DNA from: a virus
Taxonomy: Duplodnaviria > Caudoviricetes
Length of the DNA stretch: 47,348 nucleotides
IMG/VR virus record: IMGVR_UViG_3300043171_000157
Span: 1 to 47,348 of that record
Strand: one strand, 5' to 3'
Shown piece after piece: positions 34,463 through 45,080 of this stretch. A program made the translations under genes and the position numbers. The notes beneath the pieces are model-generated. The model did no database searches. It was given only the letters and a program-made list of their open reading frames with translations, and was not told where the DNA came from. Numbering within the stretch: position 1 is the stretch's first letter; every line of letters begins with the position of its first letter.

Positions 34463-36655
34463 TTAAGTATCGAAGTGGTCTGACACTCCAGCCCTTGTTC
34501 TTGTTCCGTTAGAATCTACAATCCAAAATCTATTCCAGCCACCTTCGTCAGGTTTGTTATCATATTTTCTGTCTATGTTTTCAAATGTGGCCATACTATA
34601 TTCGCCATTGCTGTTTTTATATATAAACCACTCACCGGGCTTTAGTCCGTTAGTATCAAGTATTTCCTGCCTGCCTGCGGCATCTAACCCTTTTCCAGCT
34701 CTTATGCTAAAATTAGCGTCTTCCATAACTTTAAAGTTTGACTGCCCCAGTACCTCGGACATCCGTCTTCTCAACCCTACATCGTCAACCATTTCTTCTA
34801 TTGTGAATGAATCGAAGTTATTGTTTATCATTGAGGAAATATTGTTAAAATCAGTTGTTTCGCTAAAATTCTCACCTCTACCCATAACGCCGAATGAGGT
34901 GCCTTTGGCTAGTTGTACAATGCCTTGATTTGCATTGCTTGCTGCCTCAAAATCCTTAACACTTTGTTCTGCTGTTTGAAGTTGATCAGCCGGATCGGAA
35001 GATAAATCAGCGGGAGTTTCACCAGTTGAGCTTGTCCCGTCAACCCTAGTTCCTTCTTCTTTAGTTTCGTCGTAAAATTCATCTTTAAATTGAGCCCTTG
35101 TTAGACCTTTCTCACCTTCCGGCAGGGCATTATTATACTCTATCCATAATCTGTCAAGAGCCACAAAGTCAGGGTCTCTAAGTTCGTTATTATCCATCGT
35201 ATAGTCGTCAGTATAGTCTTGTCCATCCCAATCTTGGAAGAACGTATCTAGACCGGGCACGGTTAATGGGTCGCTTACTTCTACACCATCTTTAAACATT
35301 AGTACGATTCTTCCGTCTTGAAACTCAAGGCTTATACTTGACGGTAAACCACCGTTTGCCAACATTCCATTGATGTTGTCTACTACAGACTGTTCTGCTG
35401 CTGAGTCAGTTGCATAATCCTGAAACTCAATAATTGTCGCCCTTTGTTGTTCTGCGGTTTTTATTTTATTAACCTCATCATCCCACATAAAATCAACAAA
35501 TTCATCAATATAATTTTCAAGTCCAACATCTTGTCCGTTTGCAAGCGCTTCTTTTATCTCTAAAAAGGCTTCTTCTGAGCCAAACATTTTAGCTCCACCC
35601 GCGTTACTTATATTACCAATAATATCTTCAAGTTTGTATTTCATGGCACTACCGCCATATGCCTGTAAAACATTATCCTTAAATTCTTGCTTATAAAGTG
35701 CAACGCTATCTGGATTTTCAAGATCGGCTTGTGCTACACTGTCTCTTGCTAGTTGCATCCATTGGTTTTGTGCTTTTATAAATTCTGGACGACCAGCATT
35801 AATAACATGATTTTTAAATTCTGGATCGCTTGCCATTTTTTGAAAAAACTCAAGCTCGGGAAACATCTCGGCACCCATCTCTAAATAGGCGGCCTTTTCT
35901 ACAGGATCTAGTATTGCTGCAGCAGTATCAAAGAATAACTCCATGCTTTGAACTCTAGCGGCTCTAGCCTCTGCCCTATCTTCTGATGCTATTAAAGATT
36001 CTTGTTCTGCGTCAAATACGGCTTCTTGAACGTTGAATGATGCAATTTGCTTCATTAGGGCATTTGTTATTGTTACGTTTGAGTTTGCCAATATCTGAGA
36101 GGCGTCTCTATAAAGAGCCTTATACATTGAATTAGCGATACCATCGCCACGAGCGTCTGCGTCTGCAATTTTCTGACTCATAGCTTTCATGTTTGTTGAT
36201 ACATCTGCAATATATTGAACCCTTGCTTGGTGCCGTTGCATGAGAGCTATTTTTTCCGCATCATCTTTAGCTTCCGACAAATCAAGATCTGGAACTACTA
36301 AATCATCATCTCCATCTGTTGTTAGATCGGTATCAGGATCTTCTAGTGGTGGTGGTGGGGCGTCGTCAGGATCAAACACTGGCGATGGAGCGGGAATCTC
36401 TGGTGGTGTAATAGGTGGTGGAACATCGACCTCGGGTGGTATAACTGGCGGTGTAACTGGCGGTGTAACTGGCGGTGTTACCGGTGGTATAACTGGCGGT
36501 GTAACTGGTGGTGTTACGTCATCTTGGGTGCCTGACCCAAGTTCAGGTATTGTATTAAAATCCGGTGGCCCGGGTATTGTATCTAAATCAGGGGGGTCGC
36601 CAAGCTCAGGTATTGTATTAAAATCTGGTGGATCAGGTATTGGTAAAAAACTCAT
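34463..36655 (-). CDS. Probable internal virion protein with Pro-rich repetitive N-terminus
   Basis: 730 aa, acidic; PPDFNTIPELG x2 and PPV(T/I) x6. Confidence 0.55.
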   Translation of the reverse strand: MSFLPIPDPPDFNTIPELGDPPDLDTIPGPPDFNTIPELGSGTQDDVTPPVTPPVIPPVTPPVTPPVTPPVIPPEVDVPPPITPPEIPAPSPVFDPDDAPPPPLEDPDTDLTTDGDDDLVVPDLDLSEAKDDAEKIALMQRHQARVQYIADVSTNMKAMSQKIADADARGDGIANSMYKALYRDASQILANSNVTITNALMKQIASFNVQEAVFDAEQESLIASEDRAEARAARVQSMELFFDTAAAILDPVEKAAYLEMGAEMFPELEFFQKMASDPEFKNHVINAGRPEFIKAQNQWMQLARDSVAQADLENPDSVALYKQEFKDNVLQAYGGSAMKYKLEDIIGNISNAGGAKMFGSEEAFLEIKEALANGQDVGLENYIDEFVDFMWDDEVNKIKTAEQQRATIIEFQDYATDSAAEQSVVDNINGMLANGGLPSSISLEFQDGRIVLMFKDGVEVSDPLTVPGLDTFFQDWDGQDYTDDYTMDNNELRDPDFVALDRLWIEYNNALPEGEKGLTRAQFKDEFYDETKEEGTRVDGTSSTGETPADLSSDPADQLQTAEQSVKDFEAASNANQGIVQLAKGTSFGVMGRGENFSETTDFNNISSMINNNFDSFTIEEMVDDVGLRRRMSEVLGQSNFKVMEDANFSIRAGKGLDAAGRQEILDTNGLKPGEWFIYKNSNGEYSMATFENIDRKYDNKPDEGGWNRFWIVDSNGTRTRAGVSDHFDT
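36433..36645 (-). repeat. Coding tandem repeats (12-bp PPVT units and duplicated PPDFNTIPELG)
   Basis: ggcggtgtaact-type units; tcaggtattgtattaaaatc occurs twice. Confidence 0.85.
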
Positions 36656-36680
36656 AAATTTCCCCTTAGTCTATCTCTTT

Positions 36681-36709
36681 AATATAACTAAAAACACTGC
36701 AAAAGTCAA
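36681..36709 (-). promoter_or_regulatory. Sigma70-type promoter for the ejection-protein genes
   Basis: TTGACT-N17-TATATT. Confidence 0.8.
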
Positions 36710-36717
36710 GTGTTTTC

Positions 36718-36915
36718 TTACTTTTCATCATAATATTGGAACTTTTTTCCACAATAGTTCTTATGTTCCGTTAATTCGCGCTGTGTAGACGCTATTCTTG
36801 CGTCTCTTATTTCTAGAGATTTATCTATTCCCCTAAGAAGTAAAACAACATAAGCGCCCAAAAGGGTTAAAATAACTCCAAGAACCCATAAAATAACATT
36901 TACACTAACTATCAT
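36718..36915 (-). CDS. Single-TM small protein, holin candidate
   Basis: N-terminal hydrophobic helix, charged tail, follows the tail genes. Confidence 0.45.
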   Translation of the reverse strand: MIVSVNVILWVLGVILTLLGAYVVLLLRGIDKSLEIRDARIASTQRELTEHKNYCGKKFQYYDEK

Positions 36916-37736
36916 CGTCCGTACTCCACTGAATCATCTCTTAATACTCCGTCTAATAACGCAAAAGCGCCGGCGCTATTTGCTGATGTAGCTTCGACCG
37001 TAAACCTTACATCGGTCAATTGTTCAAATCTTCTTGGGTGGTTCCATTGAATGTCAAATATACCAGTACCAGTAGAGTTTAGGGCGCCGGTTCCTGAATC
37101 TCTCCAAACGCCGCCTAGCGCTCTAACGTGTATTGTGACAACAATTGATGCGGTAACTCTGTTTTCTAAACCGGTTATAAATCCATCTAAAAATAATGTA
37201 TGGTTCATTGGCACAGTATAAATAGCTTGTTCAGTTTGTTGCCTGTCCGCAGATATAAATGTTCTTACTTTTGTTGCGTCCGCCGGAACTCCTGTTACTA
37301 TTGCGGTATCTTCATACACATATAAATCACCAACTAGGTTCGTTCCAGTAGTATTATATCCTCTATGGCATCTATATAGTGGAGTGTCTAGAGTTACTTT
37401 ATTTTGACCATCAAGAGTTATTTCTTGAGATGTTTTATATCCACCTATATCCAACCCAAATAATTTAATAATAATCGCTGTATCTGACGCAGATGAAGAA
37501 CTAATGGTATCTATTGGAGCAGTACCCCAATCTGGCCAAGTATATAATCCACCAAACTCCCATATGTCTTCGGGAGTGCTATTTATATCTAAATCACCAT
37601 TAAGGCCATACTTATCAAATCGCTCATACGCTTCAAGTTGGCCGTCAGCAACCATCACACCCCAAGGTTCTGACCAAGCGGTCAACCTTGCCTTCATTTG
37701 TCTTCCCCATTTATTTATTGACATCTTATACTCCAA
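36912..37736 (-). CDS. Beta-rich virion/tail-associated protein
   Basis: KYGLNGDLD..PEDIWEFGGLY motif; position. Confidence 0.6.
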   Translation of the reverse strand: MEYKMSINKWGRQMKARLTAWSEPWGVMVADGQLEAYERFDKYGLNGDLDINSTPEDIWEFGGLYTWPDWGTAPIDTISSSSASDTAIIIKLFGLDIGGYKTSQEITLDGQNKVTLDTPLYRCHRGYNTTGTNLVGDLYVYEDTAIVTGVPADATKVRTFISADRQQTEQAIYTVPMNHTLFLDGFITGLENRVTASIVVTIHVRALGGVWRDSGTGALNSTGTGIFDIQWNHPRRFEQLTDVRFTVEATSANSAGAFALLDGVLRDDSVEYGR

Positions 37737-38466
37737 TCATTACTACGTTGTCTGGCAATGTAGCATGTCCTGATGTTTTCCATAATTCATTTGCAGACGC
37801 ACTTGCTGCCGCCTGTGTTGCTCCGCTTCTAATGTAATTTATATATATATATCCGTTATTATCTATAACAAATCTTATTGTTGAATTTGTTCCAACTCTA
37901 AATCCAGTGTCTTCATAATTAAATATTGTAGCGCCACCGGTATCATCATGGCCAACCAATGTGCCTTTACTGGCACCAGTACCTGTTGATGATGTTTGGT
38001 ATGACGCATAAGACGATGCGAAGGCCGTATATATTGTCATTGGAACCGTATTAGCGCCAAAGGGAGCACTTGTTCCTATAAGCAGTTCTCCGCTATCAGT
38101 CTCTATAATTGCCCCGTTCTTCACCGCCTTCCCTGTAGTACCATCAAACCTTGCTAATGCATTATTTGTTGAAGATGCTGGGCCAGTTACTTTAGTAGCG
38201 ATATCATCTGTATTTGTGACAACATCTTCGGCGGTAATATATATGGTTCCGTCTGAACTTACAAGTTGCACACATTCCATTGTGCCGTTACCAAAGATGG
38301 TTATCGAATCACTAGAAATGAGTTTATTTGCTTTTATATCACTTTTGTTCTTGTTGGACGTAGATTCAAGTATGTTTATGGCTGAGGATATATCGTAAAG
38401 ATTATCCGAAATAACAGCCTGTGTGTTATGTTTTAGAGTGCCTATGTTTGGATCATATAAAGTCAT
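37726..38466 (-). CDS. Tail fibre/spike-like protein
   Basis: VTGPASSTNNALARFDGTTGK and GTNSTIRFVIDNNG fibre-type motifs. Confidence 0.7.
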   Translation of the reverse strand: MTLYDPNIGTLKHNTQAVISDNLYDISSAINILESTSNKNKSDIKANKLISSDSITIFGNGTMECVQLVSSDGTIYITAEDVVTNTDDIATKVTGPASSTNNALARFDGTTGKAVKNGAIIETDSGELLIGTSAPFGANTVPMTIYTAFASSYASYQTSSTGTGASKGTLVGHDDTGGATIFNYEDTGFRVGTNSTIRFVIDNNGYIYINYIRSGATQAAASASANELWKTSGHATLPDNVVMIGV

Positions 38467-38468
38467 AA

Positions 38469-41441
38469 TTATTTTGGTAAAACCAATCCTCCAGAATTAC
38501 TTATTACATCGTTATAATAAAAAGCTATTTCATTTGAAGTTAATACTTTATTATATACTCTTGTATCATAAACATCCATTTTAGTTGTCGTCATAGAAGT
38601 CCATCCAATTATAAGGTTTGATGCCGTCGGTGTTGCCGGTAAAGACCCGCCAAGTGTTCCGCCGGAAACCACAATAGAACCATTTATATACAAATTATAA
38701 GTGGTTGGGCCTATAAATGTAATTGCAATATGTGTAATTGTATCGCTAGTAATATCATAACCGGTATCTGTAACTGTTGAATCGGCCACAATATTCAAAC
38801 TTCCATTTGAACTAATAAAAACATATAGCGTTGCGGTGTCTATAAGGGTTACAATCAACATGTCGGTGCTAAGATTCGCATCTAGCCAAGTCATTACTGT
38901 AAAATCATCATTTGTTCCGGCGACCACACTTATTGTTGAGTCTTCTCCAGATGTATATGCTGACTTATATCCATATGTAGAGTCATAAGAATGTATAACT
39001 GTGCCGATATCGGTTGATGTGTTTCCGGCAGATCTAGCCAAAGCTCTATTGCTTGCATTAATACCCTGCCAATACGCTAGATTTTGCATTAGCGAAGTAA
39101 TGCTATCTATTTGGTTGCTAGAAGATGGTCTTATTCTGTCTGAGGCCTTAAATATTGCTTCGTAGCCAACAAGTTGGAAACCGGATAAGTTAGACTCTAG
39201 TCTAAGGCGTATTCTTTCGCCACTCACTTGCTTGTTAAAACTCACGCCTTTATTATATTCAAAATCTTCTGTGATTGCTACTTGGGTAGATGATTCATCT
39301 ACTTGTGCGCTAAGGTCAAATTGTATATTGTTAAGATCAACAATTCCGTCATCAGCATATGTAAATTCTTTGGTTGGGTCTCCACCAAAATCAAGACCGT
39401 CTCCAGTGTATTCGTTCGCTTCTTTGTTTGAGCGCAAATAGAAATTGGCTTTTTCAAAATAAAGTGTTTGACTTTCGCTTCTACCGGTTGTTTCTGGAAA
39501 ATCTATTCTAACCGGAATGTCGTATTCAGCAGCACCGTCATTTTCTTCTGTCACATCACCATCTTGTAGTCCATGTATATCTTTAGTTAATAATCTATCA
39601 AAAGGAGTATTAGATTCATCTATATATCCGTATTTTGATAAAAAACACATTCTATTTATAGTTTTCTTGTTGCCTGCGGCTCCAACTTGTCTTACAAATA
39701 TTACTATTGTTCCGTTATTATTTGAATAATAAGAAAAGCTACCAAATCCAACCCTTGTGTGAACAGCTCCTAAATTATCTATAAATGAGAAGTAAGACGG
39801 CCAACCATCGCCAGAATATATTGAAAACCCTTTTCCAGACTCTTCACTCATTCCATACCTTAAACATATTTCGCTTGATTCACCAACTGACGAATTAAAC
39901 ATCCATAATGTGTATTCATTATTTGGAGAGAACACTGCTGTCGCTTTATCATAATTATCTGAAATCAAAGAATTAACTTTGCCCTCAGCCAAATTGTTGC
40001 TAAATGAAACGCCGTCTGTTTTTCTTATTGTTCCGTCAATAAAATAACCCATTATTGTTCCGTCATCAACAGCCTTAAGGGTGCTTTTTGCACCCTCACC
40101 AATCCCAACAGAGTTTGCTATTTTTTTACTTGTGGGCAATACCGGTATAAATGTTCCGGTTCCCTCGTCTCCAGCGTTGGTTACTGTAGATGTTGTATTT
40201 ATTGTTCTTGTGCTTAATATGGAAAATATTAAAAGTTTACCAGATATATATTCTAATGCGGTTATTGGTTCATCTAAAGACTCAATCTGAAACGCCGGAT
40301 GGTAAAGACCAGCTAAATAGTTGGTTGCATAAGAAGAATGATTAACCGTTGTACTTCCTACCGCCGCCGTATGTAGATACCCGTTAGAGCTGGCGCTAAC
40401 GTCTCCTGCCGGCATCTCTTCCATATCAAGAGTTTCCGCTAAACCTGTTGTTGTTGCCAATAATTCATCATCTGTGATATTTAATTCGGGATACTCACCC
40501 ACTGTTGGCGTTGCATCATAATTATCTGCATCATTTATATCATATTTTGTTATATAGTAATATGCTTGCTCATTGTTCCCGGCCTTTAGTCCGTTTTCAC
40601 CAATATCAAGGGTTCTATATACATATGCATGGGTATATAGGTTTTTTGATGTGTCATTGCCAGTTGGCGACCCTGCGGCATCTAAAACCGGGTTATACCA
40701 ATCATTGGGCATTTCTATACCGTTTATAGCTGTTCTATCAAGACCGGAGCCCTCATAATTTAGGTAAATACCATAAGTTCCGCCACCAAGAGCTACATCA
40801 TCTTCATAACTGTATTCATTTAATGGTAAAACATATAATTTTGACATCATTTTTTTAACATTAGATTCTTCTCTTACATATGCAATAGCGTATTTATATT
40901 TATAAATATCTCCAGAAGAATTAGTTGAACCCATGTTCATGCCATTATCATCTATAGTGAAATCACTGTATGTTAAAACTCTTACAAAAAAATCTTCGTC
41001 TATAAAAAATATAAATGCTTTATTGAATACTAACACCCCGCCATTAAAATCTTTCATTGTTGTTTGGTTTGGAGATCCGATAATTTTCTCCATGTTATAC
41101 ATATATGTTAATTCTGTAGATTCTCCATCTTCTGATAACCAATATATATGTCCGGTCATTTCAATATATAGTGTAGATTGAAGATTATTACTATAATAAA
41201 TAACAACAGCGTCATCCATTGTGTATCCAGTGCCAACAGTTCCAGATGTGCCAACTCCGGGCCTTGCATCTATTCTGTCTCTTCTACAAATACAGTTTTC
41301 AGCCCAAGCAACCTGAGTAGACCCGAGTTCACTTGCTGGTGCATCATTATTCATTCCACCAAGAAAACCACCCTGATGAACCACAATATCTCTACTGCCC
41401 TGAGCCTTGGTTTTTCTATCTCTATATCCTTTAGGGGCCAT
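38469..41441 (-). CDS. Tail nozzle/stabilisation protein with C-terminal LamG (concanavalin-like) domain
   Basis: FLGGMN...AENC..R.G N-terminus, VYRT, FTVMTW, HIAITF..LYING, RVYNKVLTSNEI. Confidence 0.75.
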   Translation of the reverse strand: MAPKGYRDRKTKAQGSRDIVVHQGGFLGGMNNDAPASELGSTQVAWAENCICRRDRIDARPGVGTSGTVGTGYTMDDAVVIYYSNNLQSTLYIEMTGHIYWLSEDGESTELTYMYNMEKIIGSPNQTTMKDFNGGVLVFNKAFIFFIDEDFFVRVLTYSDFTIDDNGMNMGSTNSSGDIYKYKYAIAYVREESNVKKMMSKLYVLPLNEYSYEDDVALGGGTYGIYLNYEGSGLDRTAINGIEMPNDWYNPVLDAAGSPTGNDTSKNLYTHAYVYRTLDIGENGLKAGNNEQAYYYITKYDINDADNYDATPTVGEYPELNITDDELLATTTGLAETLDMEEMPAGDVSASSNGYLHTAAVGSTTVNHSSYATNYLAGLYHPAFQIESLDEPITALEYISGKLLIFSILSTRTINTTSTVTNAGDEGTGTFIPVLPTSKKIANSVGIGEGAKSTLKAVDDGTIMGYFIDGTIRKTDGVSFSNNLAEGKVNSLISDNYDKATAVFSPNNEYTLWMFNSSVGESSEICLRYGMSEESGKGFSIYSGDGWPSYFSFIDNLGAVHTRVGFGSFSYYSNNNGTIVIFVRQVGAAGNKKTINRMCFLSKYGYIDESNTPFDRLLTKDIHGLQDGDVTEENDGAAEYDIPVRIDFPETTGRSESQTLYFEKANFYLRSNKEANEYTGDGLDFGGDPTKEFTYADDGIVDLNNIQFDLSAQVDESSTQVAITEDFEYNKGVSFNKQVSGERIRLRLESNLSGFQLVGYEAIFKASDRIRPSSSNQIDSITSLMQNLAYWQGINASNRALARSAGNTSTDIGTVIHSYDSTYGYKSAYTSGEDSTISVVAGTNDDFTVMTWLDANLSTDMLIVTLIDTATLYVFISSNGSLNIVADSTVTDTGYDITSDTITHIAITFIGPTTYNLYINGSIVVSGGTLGGSLPATPTASNLIIGWTSMTTTKMDVYDTRVYNKVLTSNEIAFYYNDVISNSGGLVLPK

Positions 41442-42085
41442 TAGCAGCCTCCGCCTTTAATTTTATTTTTCTTATTGCTTGTAAAGGAGTCTCTTGGCTT
41501 CTTAACTCTGCGTAAAAACGCCTTCTTTGCTTTCTCAGCCTGATCGTCATTATATATCGAGGTGGCATAGCCAGCCTCTTCAATGTTTTTATATACTAAA
41601 TATTTAAGATATGTTCTAGCCGTAACCTCATCAACAGATAAAGGTATTGACTCGGCTGTGAGCTCATCTGGCCACTCATACTGCTCTAAGTAATACACGT
41701 CGTCAGTGGTTCCGGGGTCTTTATGGAACAGTACAATAGAATTGCCGGTGGAGGCAGTTATTGATTTTGCCTCAGTTAGAAAACAATCTACAGATCTTTT
41801 TCTATCAATTGAGTTATCATAACTGTATGAGTTTCTATCATCAACATAGCTTACGTCAGATCTTTTAGTATACACTCTAGTGACGCTCTTTACTTCATCA
41901 TCTAGAGTGTATGATAATGTCTCACCAGTAGTTTCTAGGATTGGATCAGGTTTGGTTTGGTTCATATATGAGTTTAAGTCATAAATCTCAATCTGAGCAA
42001 AGTCTATGAACTGTAGCATCTGCGCGCGAGTTACTACATTTCCACTCTGATCCATCATCCAAGTTACATACTGTGTGGTGTTCAT
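41441..42085 (-). CDS. Head-tail adaptor-like protein
   Basis: Position between capsid and nozzle; FIDFAQIEI..., SYTL pattern. Confidence 0.6.
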   Translation of the reverse strand: MNTTQYVTWMMDQSGNVVTRAQMLQFIDFAQIEIYDLNSYMNQTKPDPILETTGETLSYTLDDEVKSVTRVYTKRSDVSYVDDRNSYSYDNSIDRKRSVDCFLTEAKSITASTGNSIVLFHKDPGTTDDVYYLEQYEWPDELTAESIPLSVDEVTARTYLKYLVYKNIEEAGYATSIYNDDQAEKAKKAFLRRVKKPRDSFTSNKKNKIKGGGC

Positions 42086-42092
42086 ACATTAC

Positions 42093-42578
42093 CTATTCTT
42101 TGTCAGCCTTTCTTTTGGCGTCGTTTTTAGCTTTAACAGCTCGTGCTCTTTCAAGATTACTTAGATTAGCCGGAGAAACCTTGTGTCCCTTTGGTGAGAA
42201 TCTTGGTTTAAATTCTTCAAAAGTAACGTCGCCGTCGTCTTCTATAATCTCTTCTATGTCTTCCTCTACTTTAGAGCCGATGATTCTTTCTTCGTCCTCA
42301 TCATCTTCCATCTCTATTTTTGGTATCCCAGTTTTTGTTTCAAGAATAAGCTCTCTGGCAAATTTAATATTCTCTGGAATATCCTGAAATTCAAATCTTC
42401 CATCTTCGTCGGTTGTGATTACATCATCCTCAAGAGGTTTCTTTGTAATTTTCTTTTTACCGCCCGGAAGGTGTGTTACTATTACTTGTCTTTTTTGCAT
42501 TCCGTAGAATGTTCGACCGCCATCTGTTTTTGCGTTTAGGTATGCTGCGATCATTTTTACGCTTTTTTTCTTGCTCAT
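42093..42578 (-). CDS. Hypothetical protein
   Basis: GAGG SD, follows the capsid gene. Confidence 0.7.
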   Translation of the reverse strand: MSKKKSVKMIAAYLNAKTDGGRTFYGMQKRQVIVTHLPGGKKKITKKPLEDDVITTDEDGRFEFQDIPENIKFARELILETKTGIPKIEMEDDEDEERIIGSKVEEDIEEIIEDDGDVTFEEFKPRFSPKGHKVSPANLSNLERARAVKAKNDAKRKADKE

Positions 42579-42609
42579 AATTTATCCTCTGTGTATGAAT
42601 TTCATATAA

Positions 42610-42625
42610 GGGGGCCGAAGCCCCC
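42610..42625 (-). terminator. Hairpin terminator after the major capsid gene
   Basis: GGGGG-CTTCGG-CCCCC with a weak U tail. Confidence 0.7.
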
Positions 42626-42631
42626 AGATTA

Positions 42632-43804
42632 TTATGCTAATTTACTCGCGGCTAGGAATAGCGCTGAGTTTTGGTTTATTCGTGTTGTGTCACCGGGTGT
42701 TTCGTCGTCAAATTCTATCAACTGATAGCCATAAGTCTGAACTGCACCGATACCGTTAATGCTGTTATAGTCCTGCTTCTCTGTTTCAAAGTGCAACTTC
42801 TCGAAAGTAAGTTTACCCATTGAACCTTTACCAGAGGCCATAATAACATCAAATTCTGTAACACCAACAGCTCCACGAGTATCTGTAGTTCCGGGGCCTT
42901 TGTATCCAAAGGTAACGGTTGTGTCTACTTCTACGCGAGGCGCGCGAGGGTCTTCAATAAGGATCATGTTATTGTAAACACCTAGCTCGCCATTGATAGC
43001 TTTGTTCCCGTCACCGCGAACATCAGAATCTCTGTAAAGAGCCGCAAGCTGATTACTATCGGTTGAATCACGAAGTAACTGAGCCTGATTTGAAGGAATG
43101 AAAAGGTAGTATGCGTCTTTTCCGTTCCGTTCAACAGGTTCCATTGCTTCATCAACTGATAAGATTCTTGCAATCTGATTCAGTGCATCAATATTGATTT
43201 GGTGAGCCGCTGTAGGGGTTGTTGGTACAGCACTATCAATAGCTGTTCTGAATGTCGCAAGAGTTGCGCTGTATGCAACTTTAGTAACAACAGTATCGAT
43301 AATATACACGTTTTTGTTGATGTACTTGCTTTGACTTGTTGGCGCTACAACAAGATTACTAGAAACACCTTCACAGAATGCTTCTCTCATGTAGAGCCCT
43401 TCTTTCTCATTGTGCCATTTAGACAGTTGAGGCTGAACTCGACCTACAAGATTATAACCTTTTTTATGCCACGCATCAATACCATATACTTCGATAGGCA
43501 CTGCGTGCTTAACATTGTTAGCATAAAGAGTAACAAACTTTACAGCTTGATCTTCTTCATAAGTTAATAGTGATTGGCGTCCGATTCGACCCGCGCCAGA
43601 TAGATCCATAATTAGAGGTATTGTTACGCTGTCAATACCGGGTTTTGCTTGTGAGCTTACGTCGATGATCATGCTGTTAGGCATTTCTTGTGTTTTACCG
43701 ATGTAAGTTCCAGCTAATCCAGTAAAAACGTCGCGTATGGTAGACTGCTCTACCAGCTTGGATTGCCAAGCCTTCATTTTTAGTGATGCCGTAACTCTAT
43801 ACAT
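42632..43804 (-). CDS. Major capsid protein (N4-gp56/DUF4043-like)
   Basis: 390 aa after the scaffold; DSVTIPL..DLSG.G..G...L..YEE, GELGVYNNMILIE, EKQDY. Confidence 0.85.
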   Translation of the reverse strand: MYRVTASLKMKAWQSKLVEQSTIRDVFTGLAGTYIGKTQEMPNSMIIDVSSQAKPGIDSVTIPLIMDLSGAGRIGRQSLLTYEEDQAVKFVTLYANNVKHAVPIEVYGIDAWHKKGYNLVGRVQPQLSKWHNEKEGLYMREAFCEGVSSNLVVAPTSQSKYINKNVYIIDTVVTKVAYSATLATFRTAIDSAVPTTPTAAHQINIDALNQIARILSVDEAMEPVERNGKDAYYLFIPSNQAQLLRDSTDSNQLAALYRDSDVRGDGNKAINGELGVYNNMILIEDPRAPRVEVDTTVTFGYKGPGTTDTRGAVGVTEFDVIMASGKGSMGKLTFEKLHFETEKQDYNSINGIGAVQTYGYQLIEFDDETPGDTTRINQNSALFLAASKLA

Positions 43805-43818
43805 TTTAGCGTCCTTTA

Positions 43819-44976
43819 TTATTCATCAATAGTACAGTGTTTATCCATAAACTGTGTTCTAATTTTAGCTTCTCTTTCAGTCAACAGGCGAGGGTCTTTA
43901 TCTAGTATTTCTACCATTTCATCCTCGGTTACAGTTGAAGAGGGTTCAAAATTATCTTTGGCGGTTGTGCCATCAAGTACTATTGATTGTTGTTCACGTT
44001 CTTTTAGTTTTGCTTCGATTAAGGAATCGCCGTCTTGGAGGACATTTTCTTTCCTTGTGTTGTTTATTCTGTCAAAATGGTCAGAACATTTAAAAGCATC
44101 TTTGATGGAATTATAGCCTTCTTTATTATATTTTTCATAAATATCATAAATAGTGCTTAGTTTATTAAACTGCTCCATCTCAACAGGGCATTTATGACCT
44201 TGCTTGTCTACTGATTTTCTGAATGCTTCGTCTGACATGTATTTTTCAGCGTTTGTCGCGCCTACTCGCTCGTGCCATTCTTTGTATTCAGTATGAACCT
44301 TTAAAAAATCTCCATCTAATTTTATTTCTGGAACTTCGCTTTGTAGCTTTGTTATTTGCTCAATCTCAGAGTTCACCTTTGCTTCCGCTTGTGAAATTTC
44401 TGTCTCGGCAACTTTTTCCGCCTTTAATTGTCTATTGTCTTCTTTAAGGCTGGCTATTTCAGCTCGTACTTCTTCAAGTGAGAGTTTGTTTACTTCTATT
44501 CCTCTAAGAAATTCCTCGTCGTGTATGTCAACACCTGATAAGTCAATATCTTTTCGTGCAATAGGTTCTTCAATCCCTAACCGTTTCAAATAATCCCGTC
44601 TATAAATCGGATCGGTTTTTAATCTTTCTTCATGTATCTCAGCGTTTTTTAGCTTCTGCTTTGCAGTGTTCAACTCGTTAGCAGTTTCAGCGTATTTTGC
44701 CCCAATATCATTTTTTGGTTCAATTATAACAATGGGCTCTTGGTCTACAGGTATAACCTGTTCCTCTACCACTGGTTTTTTGACAATTATAAGATCATCG
44801 ACATCTTCATCAAGCCCCTCTTCATCGAGGTCTACTTGGTTGTCTTCATCGATTTCCTCTGTTTCTGCGCCAAGGACTAGTTCAACCTGCTCACTGGTAG
44901 GATTACCCGTGTCTACAGCCTTTACCGCTTCCTCAAATGCACTTTTTTGTGCTTCTAGTTCTTCTGGATTTGACAT
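43819..44976 (-). CDS. Capsid scaffolding protein
   Basis: Acidic coiled-coil protein between portal and capsid. Confidence 0.7.
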   Translation of the reverse strand: MSNPEELEAQKSAFEEAVKAVDTGNPTSEQVELVLGAETEEIDEDNQVDLDEEGLDEDVDDLIIVKKPVVEEQVIPVDQEPIVIIEPKNDIGAKYAETANELNTAKQKLKNAEIHEERLKTDPIYRRDYLKRLGIEEPIARKDIDLSGVDIHDEEFLRGIEVNKLSLEEVRAEIASLKEDNRQLKAEKVAETEISQAEAKVNSEIEQITKLQSEVPEIKLDGDFLKVHTEYKEWHERVGATNAEKYMSDEAFRKSVDKQGHKCPVEMEQFNKLSTIYDIYEKYNKEGYNSIKDAFKCSDHFDRINNTRKENVLQDGDSLIEAKLKEREQQSIVLDGTTAKDNFEPSSTVTEDEMVEILDKDPRLLTEREAKIRTQFMDKHCTIDE

Positions 44977-45080
44977 CCTCTGCTCCTTTGCATAAAGTTT
45001 ACATTCGTAAATGCTCTTTATTTGTTATTTTAGATTTGGCCTATCTTATTAACAAATCCCAGTGGCCTACCGGAATTGTG

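Noticed and set aside
37726-41441. Diversity-generating retroelement acting on tail genes
   Set aside because: No reverse transcriptase and no template/variable repeat pair were noticed.
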